Source: Haliotis rufescens (Eukaryota). Taken from it: a DNA stretch of 64,000 nucleotides. Shown piece after piece: positions 23,600-35,869 of this stretch. The DNA lies in NCBI RefSeq assembly GCF_023055435.1, contig NW_025963802.1, forward strand, positions 36,704,001-36,768,000, in the 5' to 3' direction. The translations under genes were made by a program, and so were the position numbers. The notes beneath the pieces are model-generated. The model made no database searches and was not told the origin of the DNA. It saw only the letters and a list, made by a program, of their open reading frames with translations. The first letter of the stretch is position 1; every line of letters begins with the position of its first letter.

Positions 23600-24130
23600 A
23601 TATCATCACGTATAGATGCCAAACTTGTTTGGTTTAACATTTCCGATTTCTAGGGAAGTGCCATAAGATGTCAAGCTGATGTACTATCCCATGGTATAGA
23701 AGTATGAGTTTGATCTTTATGGTTCTATAAATTGGACATATTAAGAAACAATGAGCAGTGTCCTCGCATACCGAACCACGGGAACAAGAAGGGCCTTCAC
23801 AGATGTGTCTATCGCACTTAGAGGCATTCAAGTCACTACATCTTAGTCTTAGTCGCAGTCAAAGTAAAACTGTTGTGTACAATCAGCAATTTTATTAATA
23901 ATTCGTTTAAAATATCATGAGGAACCTGGGTTACTCAAATATGGCGATAAAATGTTCCGTAAGTTCGTTCAAGTGGGAATAAAATGATTTCCATAGTTTT
24001 TAGTTCTGCATTTAATAACTTGTAAATAGGAAGTATTCCTTTGCAAGTAATTATTTAAAGTGGACCAGAACGAGATCAGAATGATAATCGGCTGTTATTT
24101 ACCATTTTATAGTAGAACACCGTTTTTAAA
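23600..24130 (-). mobile_element. LINE ORF2 C-terminal remnant with Cys/His knuckle (also ~32310-32800, 42020-42550, 50780-51310, 60670-61090)
   Basis: RLRLRCSDLNASKCDRHICEGPSCSRGSVCEDTAHCFLICPIY resembles the C-terminal CCHC-type motif of non-LTR ORF2 proteins. Confidence 0.65.
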
Positions 24131-24239
24131 TTAGCTCGCTTTTCCCCAAAAAGATTTTAACCTTTTATGACTTTTTATGATTAGTGCTTCTTGGAACCCC
24201 GCAAATTGTTCAAATAATTACTATGTTGTTAATGGTGAG

Positions 24240-26120
24240 GTGCTGAGGCGTTATCCATGTTAAACTGTATCATTCAATCTTGTGCAGACTTTTGTAAGGA
24301 AAGTGCTTCGAAGGGAGTTCAAGCTAGTAACAGTAACTGCGATCGACAATGTTATTGACGAGTTGTGGTCATTCTTTTAACAGTTGTGTGCTTCTAGGTT
24401 GTCATCGGCATTTTCCAACTTTACAGACCGACTTTGTAATGTGCTTTCTGCAAAAGACAATAAGTTATTTTGGAGAACAGTTAAATCAATTTTGTCAACA
24501 ACAATACGTCTGTATGGATTAATCATTTTCAGCAGCTTTTTCAGGGATTGCATGTATCAGCGGATGAGGAACATTTTATTGTTAATGATAATCTCGTAGA
24601 ATCATCCGTTGATTTTGATGATTTTGATGAAGAAATCTGTTATCAAGATATAATTGATGCAATTCAAGATATGCAAACTGATGAAGCTCCCGGATATAGT
24701 GGAATTCCAATTGAAATTTTCGAAAATGAACTAGATTTAAGTATTAATTTGCTAAAACCTTTATTTAACAGTGTTGTATCTACAGGTATGTATCCACCTG
24801 AATGGTCCTATTGAGTTATTATTTCCCTTATAAGAAGGGTTGATTTGACTGTCCACCAAACTATTGACCGTGCTTGAAGTTTCGGGTAAAATTTTCTCTC
24901 AAGTTTTTATTAATAGATGAAATCATTTGGCAAAGCGGGAACATTTTTTCATTCAGGGGCAGGATGGGTTAAGATATGGTTTTCAGACCCAAGATAATAT
25001 TTTTGTTCTCAGCACCATCTTTAATAAATACATATAAATATTATGGGCAGTTTATTGATTTAAAGTCGGCCTTTGACTCTGTAGACAGGTAGAGGGTGTT
25101 TTTTTTTTAAACTTGTGCTGGGAAATGTCAAAGGCAAGGCCTTTAGATTGTTAAGAAGCGTGTATGAAAAAGTTCAAGTTTGTATTTCAATGAAGGATGG
25201 ATACACTTCTTTTTTATTGTTTATTTGGCTACGTCAAGGGTGCCAGTTATCACCTTTCCTTTTCTCTTTGTTTGTTAATGATATTGTTGAAAGTCCTTAT
25301 GCAGACAGCAGTCAGAGGTGTATTAATTTAGAATTTATTGAGTTATTTAGGCGACATTGTATCGTTTGATCTCTCAGCTGTAAGTTTACAAAAGAGGCTA
25401 GACAAGTTATTTTGTATTGCAATAAATGCGGACTAAAAGGAGATGTTGAATAGATTAAGGTAGTTGTGTTCAGAAAGGCTGACAGATTAAAACGTTCCGA
25501 AACATTCTTCTGAATGGAAAACAGTTTCATCAAAAATGTTCTTGGGTTCCATTTTTCGTGTTCAGAATCATGTTATTTTACACAAAACACCTTAGCTGAG
25601 CAAGCATGGAAAGTGTCATTAATCCTTAAATTATCAACAATGTTTTTTTGATAATTTGCAAACGAAGGTATTGTTACATATATTTGATGTCAAATGTCTT
25701 CCAACTTTATTGTACGGGAGTGAAGTTTGGGATTTCCATTCATCGCCAAATATCATAAATGTACAAAACAAGTTTTGTAGACAAGTGGTGGGTTTCTCAA
25801 GAATTTCTCAAACATTGTTGTTCATGCTGAAATTGGTCGTTATTCATTAAAAGTGAATCAGTATTGTTGAATTATTAAATATTGGACTCATTTGTTATCG
25901 CAAGTGTATAGTAATTTGGGAAACATTGCAAAGAATCATTCAAAACTCCAGATTTTATTAGTCACATGTGGGATGTAAGAGGGAAGAACAACAACGTCTG
26001 AGCAAGAGTCTTATGACGCTCTTTGAAATCTTGGTATAAAGAACATGCTCGATTGTTTCTCAAACGTTGCGAAATGTAAACACCAAATGCTGGAGCTGTT
26101 GTCATTTACATTTAATTATT
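24240..26120 (+). mobile_element. Decayed CR1/L2-group LINE reverse transcriptase
   Basis: KLFWRTVKSI, EAPGYSGIPIEIF, LFNSVVSTGMYPPEW, IDLKSAFDSVDR, RQGCQLSPFLFSLFVND and LYGSEVW, in order, broken by stops and frameshifts. Confidence 0.85.
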
Positions 26121-26314
26121 AACACGTCAATTTGTTAAGGAAAAATTGATGTAAAAAGTATTCGCAACCAAAAGGTAAATGATCTATCACAAATATGCAG
26201 AGTTGGACAGTGTTCTGATTTTCTGGGTGGTATGAAATAGCCATGTTTGGATTATATTTAGTGTACATTTTTCGAACAGCCAGCAATGTTCTCAATGCCA
26301 TAAGAGTGTTATAT

Positions 26315-26430
26315 CAAGTCGTTTGCTCGGCATGCTGAAGACCTAGGTTCGAATCCCTATTTTGGTCGAATGTGTGAAGCCCATTCTTGGTGTCCCATTC
26401 GTGGTATAACCACAGCATTATTATAAGACT
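26315..26430 (+). mobile_element. Decayed tRNA-derived SINE (also ~34715, 44765, 53460, 62560)
   Basis: GGTTCGAATCC B box and GTGTGAAGCCCATT core, as in 9268-9425. Confidence 0.6.
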
Positions 26431-26904
26431 GAGACTCGAGTGACATTCTCTGTATCTTTCTTGCTCGACTGTATATGAATTTGAGGCGAATACCAAAATT
26501 AAATAAAATAAAGTGACAGAAAATATGTCCATCATCTTATAATATCTCTAAAAACATCTTCATCACTATCAAATAGTGCTTATACAGTGAGTCTAACGTC
26601 CAACAAGAAACTTTACAGCAATAATTGTCGGAATAACGTGAAGCTTTTGAACGTTTTCCATCTATTATATTCTATGAAAACATGAAGATGCAAATATGTG
26701 GACATATACACAGTAATCACCTCTTAAAGTCAAATCATTTTTTTGTTTCTGCTGAAGCTGCAATAGAACCACACACACAGAGCGAGAGAGAGAGAGAGAA
26801 GAAAAAGAAGAAGAAGAAGAAATAAAAGAAAAACAATAACTTTCTCAATCTGCTTCCTTTTAAATAGTAATAGACATCTAACTATCAAGACATCCTAAAC
26901 AGGA

Positions 26905-27295
26905 ATCTAATCCAGCTTCACACCTTAACACAGCCAGTAGGAAATCCACGCTGAATATGCGCCTTAATTAAACATCTCGTTTGCCAGGTAAATACAAATC
27001 GTCCTTAATTGTCATTCAGCGGACGACCACAACGAACTGAACCCCGCGTTATCAATACATGGGTTAACGGTACATTTGAAGTCCTACCTGGTGATTACCC
27101 CAGGATAATCCCCCTCACACCCTCGTATGGGTAGCTCCTTATACCTACAGGGGACACAAGCGATCCCGCATTTTCACACCAAGCCCACATTCTTAACCGT
27201 TCTCCTCTAATGTGTTAATGTTTATATAAGTTTTCAACGAATCGATCAACGAGTGTTGTCGTTGTTATGTAAATATGTTGTTTTAGTGCAGGTAT
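26905..27295 (+). promoter_or_regulatory. Conserved upstream module of copy 5
   Basis: Aligns to the other proximal modules; has a small 5' deletion. Confidence 0.6.
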
Positions 27296-27413
27296 ATATA
27301 CAACAGATGCAAGACACAGCGTCATTCCCCTGGCAACTGCATAACTTGTAAATACCTGACCATAGATATATATTTCTTAACATTCAGAATAGTTGGACGA
27401 AATCTGTCCCACA

Positions 27414-29283
27414 ATGGCAAGAAGAGAATGTATACCAGAAGTCTTTATCCCAAGGAGCCTTGATTTCGACGACGAAGACTCACGTGATAGTGGCTTTGAG
27501 TCACTTTGCAGTGACAGTGAGGTTTGTGGAACTATGTATAATCGAACTGACAACAGCTACTTAAGGCAGATAGTGATATATGCGTAGCAATGGATATAGA
27601 GAGATATGAATAATGAATATTTAAATGGTTGAATAAGATGATTTTAAAAAAGGAAGTGTGATTCATTTTACATGTAATTGTTTAGCCAACATTGAAATTT
27701 AATGTATGCATGTTTCTTCATCAGGTGTCCCCAAAACCTTTGGATGACAGGAAAGCTGGTTTCCATGGAACAAGGAAGTCACTGTTCGGAGGGAAGAGAC
27801 AACGTGACAATGGTGATGACGGAGTTTATGTTCAAGCAAGGCAGATCAAGAAACAAAAAACAGCCAGCTGTGGACATAACCTCCAAGCCGAAGTAACATC
27901 AGAGGTCATGAAGACAGCAGTCGACAAAATGCAAAATGAAGTTGATCTCATCGGTGATGGTTCACAGGTTAGTTGAGGATTCATCCTTCCATTCTAATAT
28001 CGATTATATAGATCTTCTGAACTGCTTAATCTATTTGAATGAGAAGGAAATCCACATATTCAAGTTGCCATTATGTTTTCAGGTTCATAGTCTCCCAACG
28101 GTACAAGGCAGACACAAGGATCTCAAGTCTGTGACTCCACACACAGTCAGTCAGCTTCTGACAGGAGAGTACGATGACGTCATTTCCAGCTACAGGATCA
28201 TTGACTGTCGTTACCCATATGAGTATGAAGGTGGTCACATTGAGGTATGCAGCTGTCTTTAAGTTTGTATAATGGAATGTAATCTATGTTTTTGCTTGCT
28301 CATGTAATATCTTTGCATAAAACACACAAAAAATAACTGACATCAATATTTTGCGAAGAGTTTGCTGAGCTTATATTCTTACATCATTTACTTCAGGGTG
28401 CCGAGAACCTTCACACCCACGCTCTGATCAAAGACTTAGTGACCAGTCTACAGGGGCGAGACTCCACTCAACGGAACATCCTGGTCTTCCATTGTGAATT
28501 TTCATCAGAAAGAGGCCCGAAACTGTAAGTATTCTTTCTTACGTAAAACACAGTTAAAGTTGACGTAAAGGACTCAGACGTTAAACGTTTACATCATTGT
28601 TCACATGAAAATTAATGATGCAGTTTCTATTGTTAATACATTGTACGTTGTTTCTCGTGTATAATACTTGAAACAGTCGACGAAAAAGATCGTCCGGTCA
28701 TAAGTTTACTGCACTACCCATTGTTTGTTTGGGGTTTGTTTGTTTTTAATTTGTTTTATCTTATGTAACAATGATTTCAACTATGTATCTTCTGATACAG
28801 ATTGAGACATCTTAGAAACCTTGACCGGAAACTGAACAGTGACCGTTACCCTTTCCTCTTCTACCCGGAAGTATACCTGTTAGATGGCGGATACAAGCCC
28901 TTTTATGAACAACATCAGGTAGGTTGGCGAATGTTCGAAACTGACGGGTCCAAATGTAAATATGTCCTTATTTAAATGCATGCCTTTTAATATTCATTTT
29001 AATATACATTCTAAATTTAAAGTTATCTGTCCTACCCTTTTGGGGTAGAATGTTGTGTTATCAGTGAATTCTTGTGTCACATGTATGGTCATAAGTATTT
29101 TCTTGTAACTTTCAGTCTCAGTGCAATCCAAGAAATTACGTCCCCATGATGCACCAGGATTACTCCAAACAACTACGTCACTTCCGAGTAAAGTCCAAGT
29201 CATGGACAGCAGGAGAAAAACAGAGCATGCGCAGTCGACGTCTCATAACAGATTCGTCTCCGCTTAAGATGTCTCCATGGTAA
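27414..29283 (+). CDS. cdc25: Cdc25 copy 5, 6 coding exons, 308 aa, intact
   Basis: Exons 27414-27521, 27725-27967, 28083-28244, 28397-28524, 28801-28918, 29116-29283; all GT-AG; an in-frame TAG shortly upstream supports this ATG; AATAAA at 29493-29498. Confidence 0.94.
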
Positions 29284-29569
29284 TCTGGAAGATGAATTGC
29301 TGAAATGTGAAATGTCACCTGTTGTCCGAGTGTTGGATTTCAGAGATTTGTTGTTTATTGCCACTGTTATTGTTGATTATGTTGGTGCCTGAATGTTAAG
29401 GTAATCACGGAATACTTTATACATACGTTGACCTGTTTTGTCAACCACACTGTGATACTGTCCTGTTATGGACTGTTTCTTTGTACGATATGAATAAATA
29501 CTGATCTTCAGCTCGTTTAGTGTCCTCTCTTCGAAACACACACTTTTCTTACACTTTCGCATCAAACCA

Positions 29570-29940
29570 TCAATCTTCTCCACTGACGTAACCCGGCTTT
29601 CCATAGATTGACACATACAGGGGTCCATCCCATCTCCCCCTGTACTGCATCATTAGGAGTATATTTTACGACTCCAAGAAAATGTCTACACGCTCTGTTT
29701 TGAATCTTGTAATTGTAGAACATTCTCCAGTTCCACAAACTGATTCGCCATACGTAATCACAGGTAGCACAATTGCATCATACACTTTGGAATACGCATC
29801 GTATGGGAGACCACCCAGGACTTTACTGTTAGCAATGATAAGACCCAGGGCTCTCTTCGCTGACTGAGGAACTGCTTTTGCCGTCGTGGTAAAATCCAGG
29901 AATTCATCAATTAAAAGTCAGAGATAGTTGTACTCTAAAG
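29570..29940 (-). mobile_element. LINE ORF2 fragment, truncated version (also ~48040-48410)
   Basis: YNYL*LLIDEFLDF...RALGLIIANSKVLGGLPYDAYSKVYDAIVLPVITYG. Confidence 0.7.
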
Positions 29941-31283
29941 ACACTTGCGACCCAGGCGTCATCGTGACTTTCACCAAAGTAAGTGATTAAAATGTACCTC
30001 ACCAACGCCTATTGGGATTTTACCCCACATTAAGCTGACATGTGGACATACAAAATTGATTTTGATTTTTATCTGAGTGATCCGTGGTTTATGTTTTAGA
30101 TAAGCAAAGAATAAAGTAAGATTACGAGACCATGAAAAAAATAACAGGAGCATAATTAGAATTATTAATTGTTACATTATAAGAATGGAATAGTATAGAT
30201 TACAATGTGTATTATTGGCAGTATATATATTTTCAGTTTAGCAAACTGAAGTAAAAATAAAATAACAATGTGCTATAATTTGTCTTGATCTAATTGATGT
30301 TATGGTATACCATTTAGTTTTCTTTATTTCTCTTCAAAATATCAGAGCGGGACAAACAGACAGACTGATGGGTGGGGGATGGGGGAGGATACAAAATGCT
30401 TCTGAGACAGTCATGTCGTTCTAGTATCATTCAGTTACAATTCTTATAAAGAATATACACATTGTAGAAAGTAATATTCATGTGTTAAAGATATATAAAT
30501 CATTTATTCGGATACTTACTATAAATCTTATTGGGTTTTAAAACGTACAAATCCATATAAACTGGCAGTGTGGTCATATTCGGAGGTATTTGCTACACCA
30601 TTGAACAATGAATTAATTATCATATTTGCCCAGGCTCCCGTTTGTTCCAAAGTACTGGGATATCCATAGACTGGTATTGCATTCATATCTCACTTGGGAA
30701 AAACGCCAGTCATTTTAGTGTCAAGACTCCACGGTAATGCTGTGCACGTGGTTAAAACATTAAACGTCTTTTTCAAGGTTACAGGCTGACGTGAAATATA
30801 TCCCACATTATGTTTCAGAACGCATGACTGTTAATGTCGTGACTAACTGTCAACCAAGCACTAGATACAATAGAATATGTAAAGCTGTAAACTGAACATT
30901 GATTGACTTCATTGAATAGCCAAGTAACGTCGTTTATATCAAACATGAATATTCTTAAATTTATCGGAAAACGGAATTTAGGCCACTGACCCAGTGCAGT
31001 GTTTGTAACGCTGACACCGGTGGGGCAGGATACGCCCACCTCTTCGCGAACACCTGGTATCATCACTATGATAGTTATTCATAAACACATGCTTGTGATA
31101 TAGTCGGAATCGTACATTGGTGTCAGCAGAATCTTCTTATGACGCTTGTGTGTTTCAGTCAGCAAGTGAAGTGTTAATGCATGTTCAAACAATGGAACAG
31201 GAGACAGGAAACCAATAAGAAATACACTATATGTCACGATGTGTTACGTTTTTTGTGTAAACGTGATACTCTACAAGCATTAG

Positions 31284-31712
31284 TCTAATCCAGCTCATCC
31301 CGATCACCCTAACTTCCCTTTAATAAACATGCTTTCTTACACCTTAATCCAGTGGGTCGGGAATACATGCAGAAAGAGGGCCCGCATTAAATGTCTTGTT
31401 CACAAAATAAATATAAATCTTCCTTAATTGCCATTCAACTGACGACGAGAACGACCTGAATTCGGTGTTATCCAAACAGGGGCTGCAGGTACATTTGAAG
31501 TTCTACCTGGATGATTACCTCGGGATAATCCCTTCTCACCTTTGTATAGGTAGCTACGTATCTACGGGGGACACAAGCGATCGCACATTCACACCAAGCC
31601 CACATTCTTAACTGATCTCCTTTAATGAGTGAATGTTTATACTGCTTCCATTAACCAATATAGACAATGTACGATCAATTGGGTAACGAATCAATCAACG
31701 AGTCTTTCTTTG
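31284..31712 (+). promoter_or_regulatory. Orphan upstream module
   Basis: Paralogue of 22335-22692. Confidence 0.55.
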
Positions 31713-32929
31713 CTCAGCGATCTTACCCACACAGCCACCGAGGCTTCCACAAAATAACAGTCCGACATATGGTAGTCAAGATCACTTGATCAAGGTACTG
31801 ACAAGTCTAAGTCTAGACTTTCAGTTGTCGGACTTTCATTTATTGAACGCCTTGGTGGCTGTGTTAGGTCGCTGACTTTGTGTGCTGGCGATTAAGTGCC
31901 TCACTCTGTGAGTGTGGGTTTGAATCCCGGATGGGACTTAACCCCCCAAAAGAACTAGAATCTATACCAGAAAATGTTATCACGAATATGAAAAAATGCA
32001 AATGTATATAACTAATTGGTTCAAATTTGAACAAGTAACTTCAGTAACAAGTGCATCCCAACCTTTGTTGGAAGACTTACGTTTTAAGACTGTATGAACC
32101 TTTGTGGTTTCCATTTGGTTTACACGGACTGGATTGGAAAATAAGTCGTGCGATTTATATGAATACTTTTCCAGTAATTCTTTCAATCGAAAATGAAATT
32201 ACAGTAAAGGTAGCAATAACTTGGAGATAATGCCAGTGGATAAGATGAAGGTGTGTCGGGTGCATGTAATAGGCTATATAAACTGGTTAATGATCAATTT
32301 GAAAATATTCACGTACAGATGCCAAAATTGTTTGGTTCAATCTTTCCGATTTCTAGGCAAGTTTCCATAAGATGCCAAACTGATGTACTATCCCATGGTA
32401 TAGAAGTATGAGCAAATTAGACATATAAGAAACAATGAGCAGTGTCCTCGCATACCGAACCATGGGAACAAGAAGGGCCTTCACAGATGTGTCTATCGCA
32501 CTTATAGGCATTCAAGTCACTACATCTTAGTCTTAGACGCAGTCAAAGTAAAATTGTTGTGTACCATCAGCAATTTTATTAATAATTCGTTTAAAATATC
32601 ATGAGGAACCAGGGTTAGTCAAATCTGGCGATAAAATGTTCCGTTAGTTCGTTCAAGTGGGAATAAAATTATTTTCATAGTTTTTAGTTCTGCATTTAAT
32701 AACATGTAAATAGGAAGTATTCCTTAGCAAATAATTACTTAAAGTGGACCAGAACGAGATCAGAATGATAATATGCTTCTATTTACCATTTTATAGTAGA
32801 ACACCATTTTAAAATTATTTCACTTTTCCCCAAAAGGATTTTAACTTTTTATGACTTTTTATGAAAAGTGCTTCTTGGAACCCCGCAAATTGTTCAAATA
32901 ATTACTATGTTGCCAATAGTGAGGTGCTG

Positions 32930-34530
32930 AGGCGTTATCCATGTTAAACTGTACCATCCAATCTTGTGCAGACTTTTGTAAGAAAAGTGTCTTCGAAGCG
33001 ACACAACTGGTATGACGCGGAGTGTTGGTCTGCATGTAACACAACTCGGCGCTTTCTGCGTGCAGTTCAAGCTAGTAACAGTAACTGCGATCGACAATGT
33101 TACGTCGAGTTGTGGTCATTCTTTACCAGTTGTGTGCTTCTAAGTTGTCATTAGCATTTTCAAACTTTACAGACCGACTTTGTAATGTGCTTTCTGCAAA
33201 AGACAATAAGTTATTTTGGAGAACAGTTAAATCAATTTTGTCAACAACAATACGTCTGTATGGATTAATCATTTTCAGCAGCTTTTTCAGGGATTGCATG
33301 TATCAGCGGATGAGGAACATTTTATTGTTAATGATAATCTCGTAGAATCATCCGTTGATTTTGATGATTTGGATGAAGAAATCTGTTATCAAGATATAAT
33401 TAATGCAATTCAAGATATGCAAACTGGTGAAGCTCCCGGATATAGTGGAATTCCAATTGAAATTTTCGAAAATGAACTAGATTTAAGTATTAATTTGCTA
33501 AAAGCTTTATTTAACAGTGTTTTATCCACAGGTATGTATCCACCTGAATGGTCCTATTGACTTATTATTTCCCTTATAAGAAGGGTTGATTTGACTGTCC
33601 ACCAAACTATAGACCGTTGACCGTGCTTGAAGTTTCGGGTAAATTTTCCCTCAAGTTTTTATTAATAAATTAAATCATTGGGCCAAGCGGGAACATTTTT
33701 CATTCAGGAGCAGGCTGGGTTTAGATATGGTTTTCAGACACACGATAATATTTATTGAGTTTTTTATGTGACATTGTATCGTTTGATCTCTCAGCTTTAA
33801 GTTTACAAAAGAGACTAGACAAGTTATTTTGTATTGCAATAAATGCGGACTAAAAGGAGATGTTGATAAGAGTAAGGTAGTTGTGTTCAGAAAGGCTGAC
33901 AGATTAAAACGTTCCGAAACATTCTTCTGAATGGAAAACAGTTTCATCAAAAATGTTCTTGGGTTCCATTTTTCGTGTTCTGAATCATGTTATTTTACAC
34001 AAAACACCCTAGCTGAGCAAGTATGGAAAGTATCATTAATCCTTAAATTATCAACAATGTTTTTTGATAATTTGCAAACGAAGGTATTGTTACATATATT
34101 TGATGTCAAATGTCTTCCAACTTTATTGTACGGGAGTGAAGTTTTGGATTTCATTCCATCACCAAATATCATTAATGTACAAAACAAGTTTTGTAGACAA
34201 GTAGTGGGTTTCTCAAGACATACACCAAACATTGTTGTTATTCATTAAAAGTGAATCAGTATTGTTGAATTATTAAATATTGGACTCATTTGTTATCGCA
34301 AGTGTATAGTCATTTGGGAAACATTGCAAAGAATCGTTCAAAACTCCAGATTTTATTAGTCACATGTGGGATGGAAGAGGGAAGAACAACAACGTCTGAG
34401 CAAGAGTCTTTTGACGCTCTTTGAAACCTTTGTAGAAAGAACAAGCGCGATTGTTTCTCAAACGTTGCGAAATGTAAACACCAAATGCTGGAGCTGTGGT
34501 CATTTACATTTAATTATTAACACGTCAATT
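32930..34530 (+). mobile_element. Decayed CR1/L2-group LINE RT (unit copy with central deletion)
   Basis: NWYDAEC, KLFWRTVKSI, EQAGFR, LYGSEV; the RT core is deleted near 33750. Confidence 0.82.
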
Positions 34531-35151
34531 TGTGTAGGAATATTGATGTAAAACGTATTTGCAACCAAAAGGTAAATGATCTGTCACAAATATAAAGTGT
34601 TGGACAGTGTTCTGATTTGCTGGGTGGTATGAAATAGCCATGTTTGGATTATATTTAGTGTACATTTTTGGAACAGCCAGCAATGTTCTCAATGCCATAA
34701 CAGTGTTATATCAAGTCGTTTGCTCGGCATGCTGAAGACCTAGGTTCGATTCCCTATTTTGGTCGAATGTGTGAAGGCCATTCTTGGTGTCCCATTCGTG
34801 GTATAACCACAGCATTATTATGAGACTGAGTCTCGAGTGATATTCTCTGTATCTTTCTTGTTCTACTGTAAATGACTTTGAGCCGAATACCAAAATTAAA
34901 TAAAATGACAGAAAATATTTCTATCATCATATAATATCTCTAGAAATATCTGGATCACTATCAAATACTGCTTATGCAATGAGTCTAACGTCCAACAAGA
35001 AACTTTACAGCAATAATTGTCGGAATAACGTGAAGCTTTTGAACGTTTTCCATCTATTATATTCGATGAAAACAAGAAGATGCAAATACGTGGACATATA
35101 CACAGTAATCACAGCTTAAAGTCAAATCATTATTTTGATTCTGCTGAAGCT

Positions 35152-35161
35152 GCACACGCGC

Positions 35162-35194
<33 letters not shown>

Positions 35195-35224
35195 CACACA
35201 CGCACGCACGCACGCACACACACA
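35152..35224 (+). repeat. Compound (GCAC)n/(CG)n/(CA)n microsatellite
   Basis: About 73 bp of strictly alternating purine-pyrimidine sequence. Confidence 0.95.
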
Positions 35225-35317
35225 GAAGAAATAAAAGAAAAACAATAACTTTCTCCATGTGCTTCCTTTTAAAGATTAAAAGACACCTAACTATCAACAC
35301 ATTCTCTACAAACATGA

Positions 35318-35752
35318 ATCTATTCCAGCTAATCCAGATCATTCTAACTCGCCCTTGATAAACCTGCTTACTTCACACCTTAACACAGCCAGTAGGGAAT
35401 CCACGCTCAATATGCGCCTTAATTAAACATCTCGTTAGCCATGTAAATACAAATCGTCCTTAATTGTCATTCAGCGGACGAATACAACGAACTGAACCCT
35501 GCGTTATCAATACATGGTTTAACGGTACATTTGATGTCGTACGTGGTGATTATACCCAGGATAATCCCCCTCACACCCTCGTATAGGTAGCTCCATATAC
35601 CTACAGGGGACACAAGCAATCCTGCATTTTCACACCAAGCCCATATTCTTAACCGTTCTCCTCTAATGTGTTAATGTTTATATAAGTTTTCAACGAATCG
35701 ATCAACGAGTGTTGTCGTTGTAATGTAAATATGTTGTTTTAGTACAGGTATA
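35318..35752 (+). promoter_or_regulatory. Conserved upstream module of copy 6
   Basis: Full-length proximal module. Confidence 0.6.
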
Positions 35753-35869
35753 TATACAACAGATGCAAGACACAGCATCATTCCCCTGGCAACTGCATAA
35801 CTTGCAAACACCTGACCATAGATATAAATTTCTTAACATTCAGAATAGTTGGACGAAATCTGTCCCACA

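Noticed and set aside
24240-26120. Functional reverse transcriptase partnered with cdc25 in each unit
   Set aside because: Numerous stops, frameshifts and unit-specific deletions; the cdc25 copies retain introns, so amplification was DNA-level, not retrotransposition.
27083-27091. CTACCTG (CAGGTAG, Zelda TAGteam site) in the upstream module
   Set aside because: A single 7-mer, mutated in copies 4 and 6; Zelda is known only from arthropods and nothing indicates this genome is one.
29377-29628. 83-aa minus-strand ORF identical at 47848-48099
   Set aside because: It spans the antisense cdc25 3'UTR and a LINE deletion junction; the identity reflects very recent duplication, not coding constraint.
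35057-35358. ORFs with CVRA/HART repeats
   Set aside because: They are translations of the (GCAC)n microsatellite.
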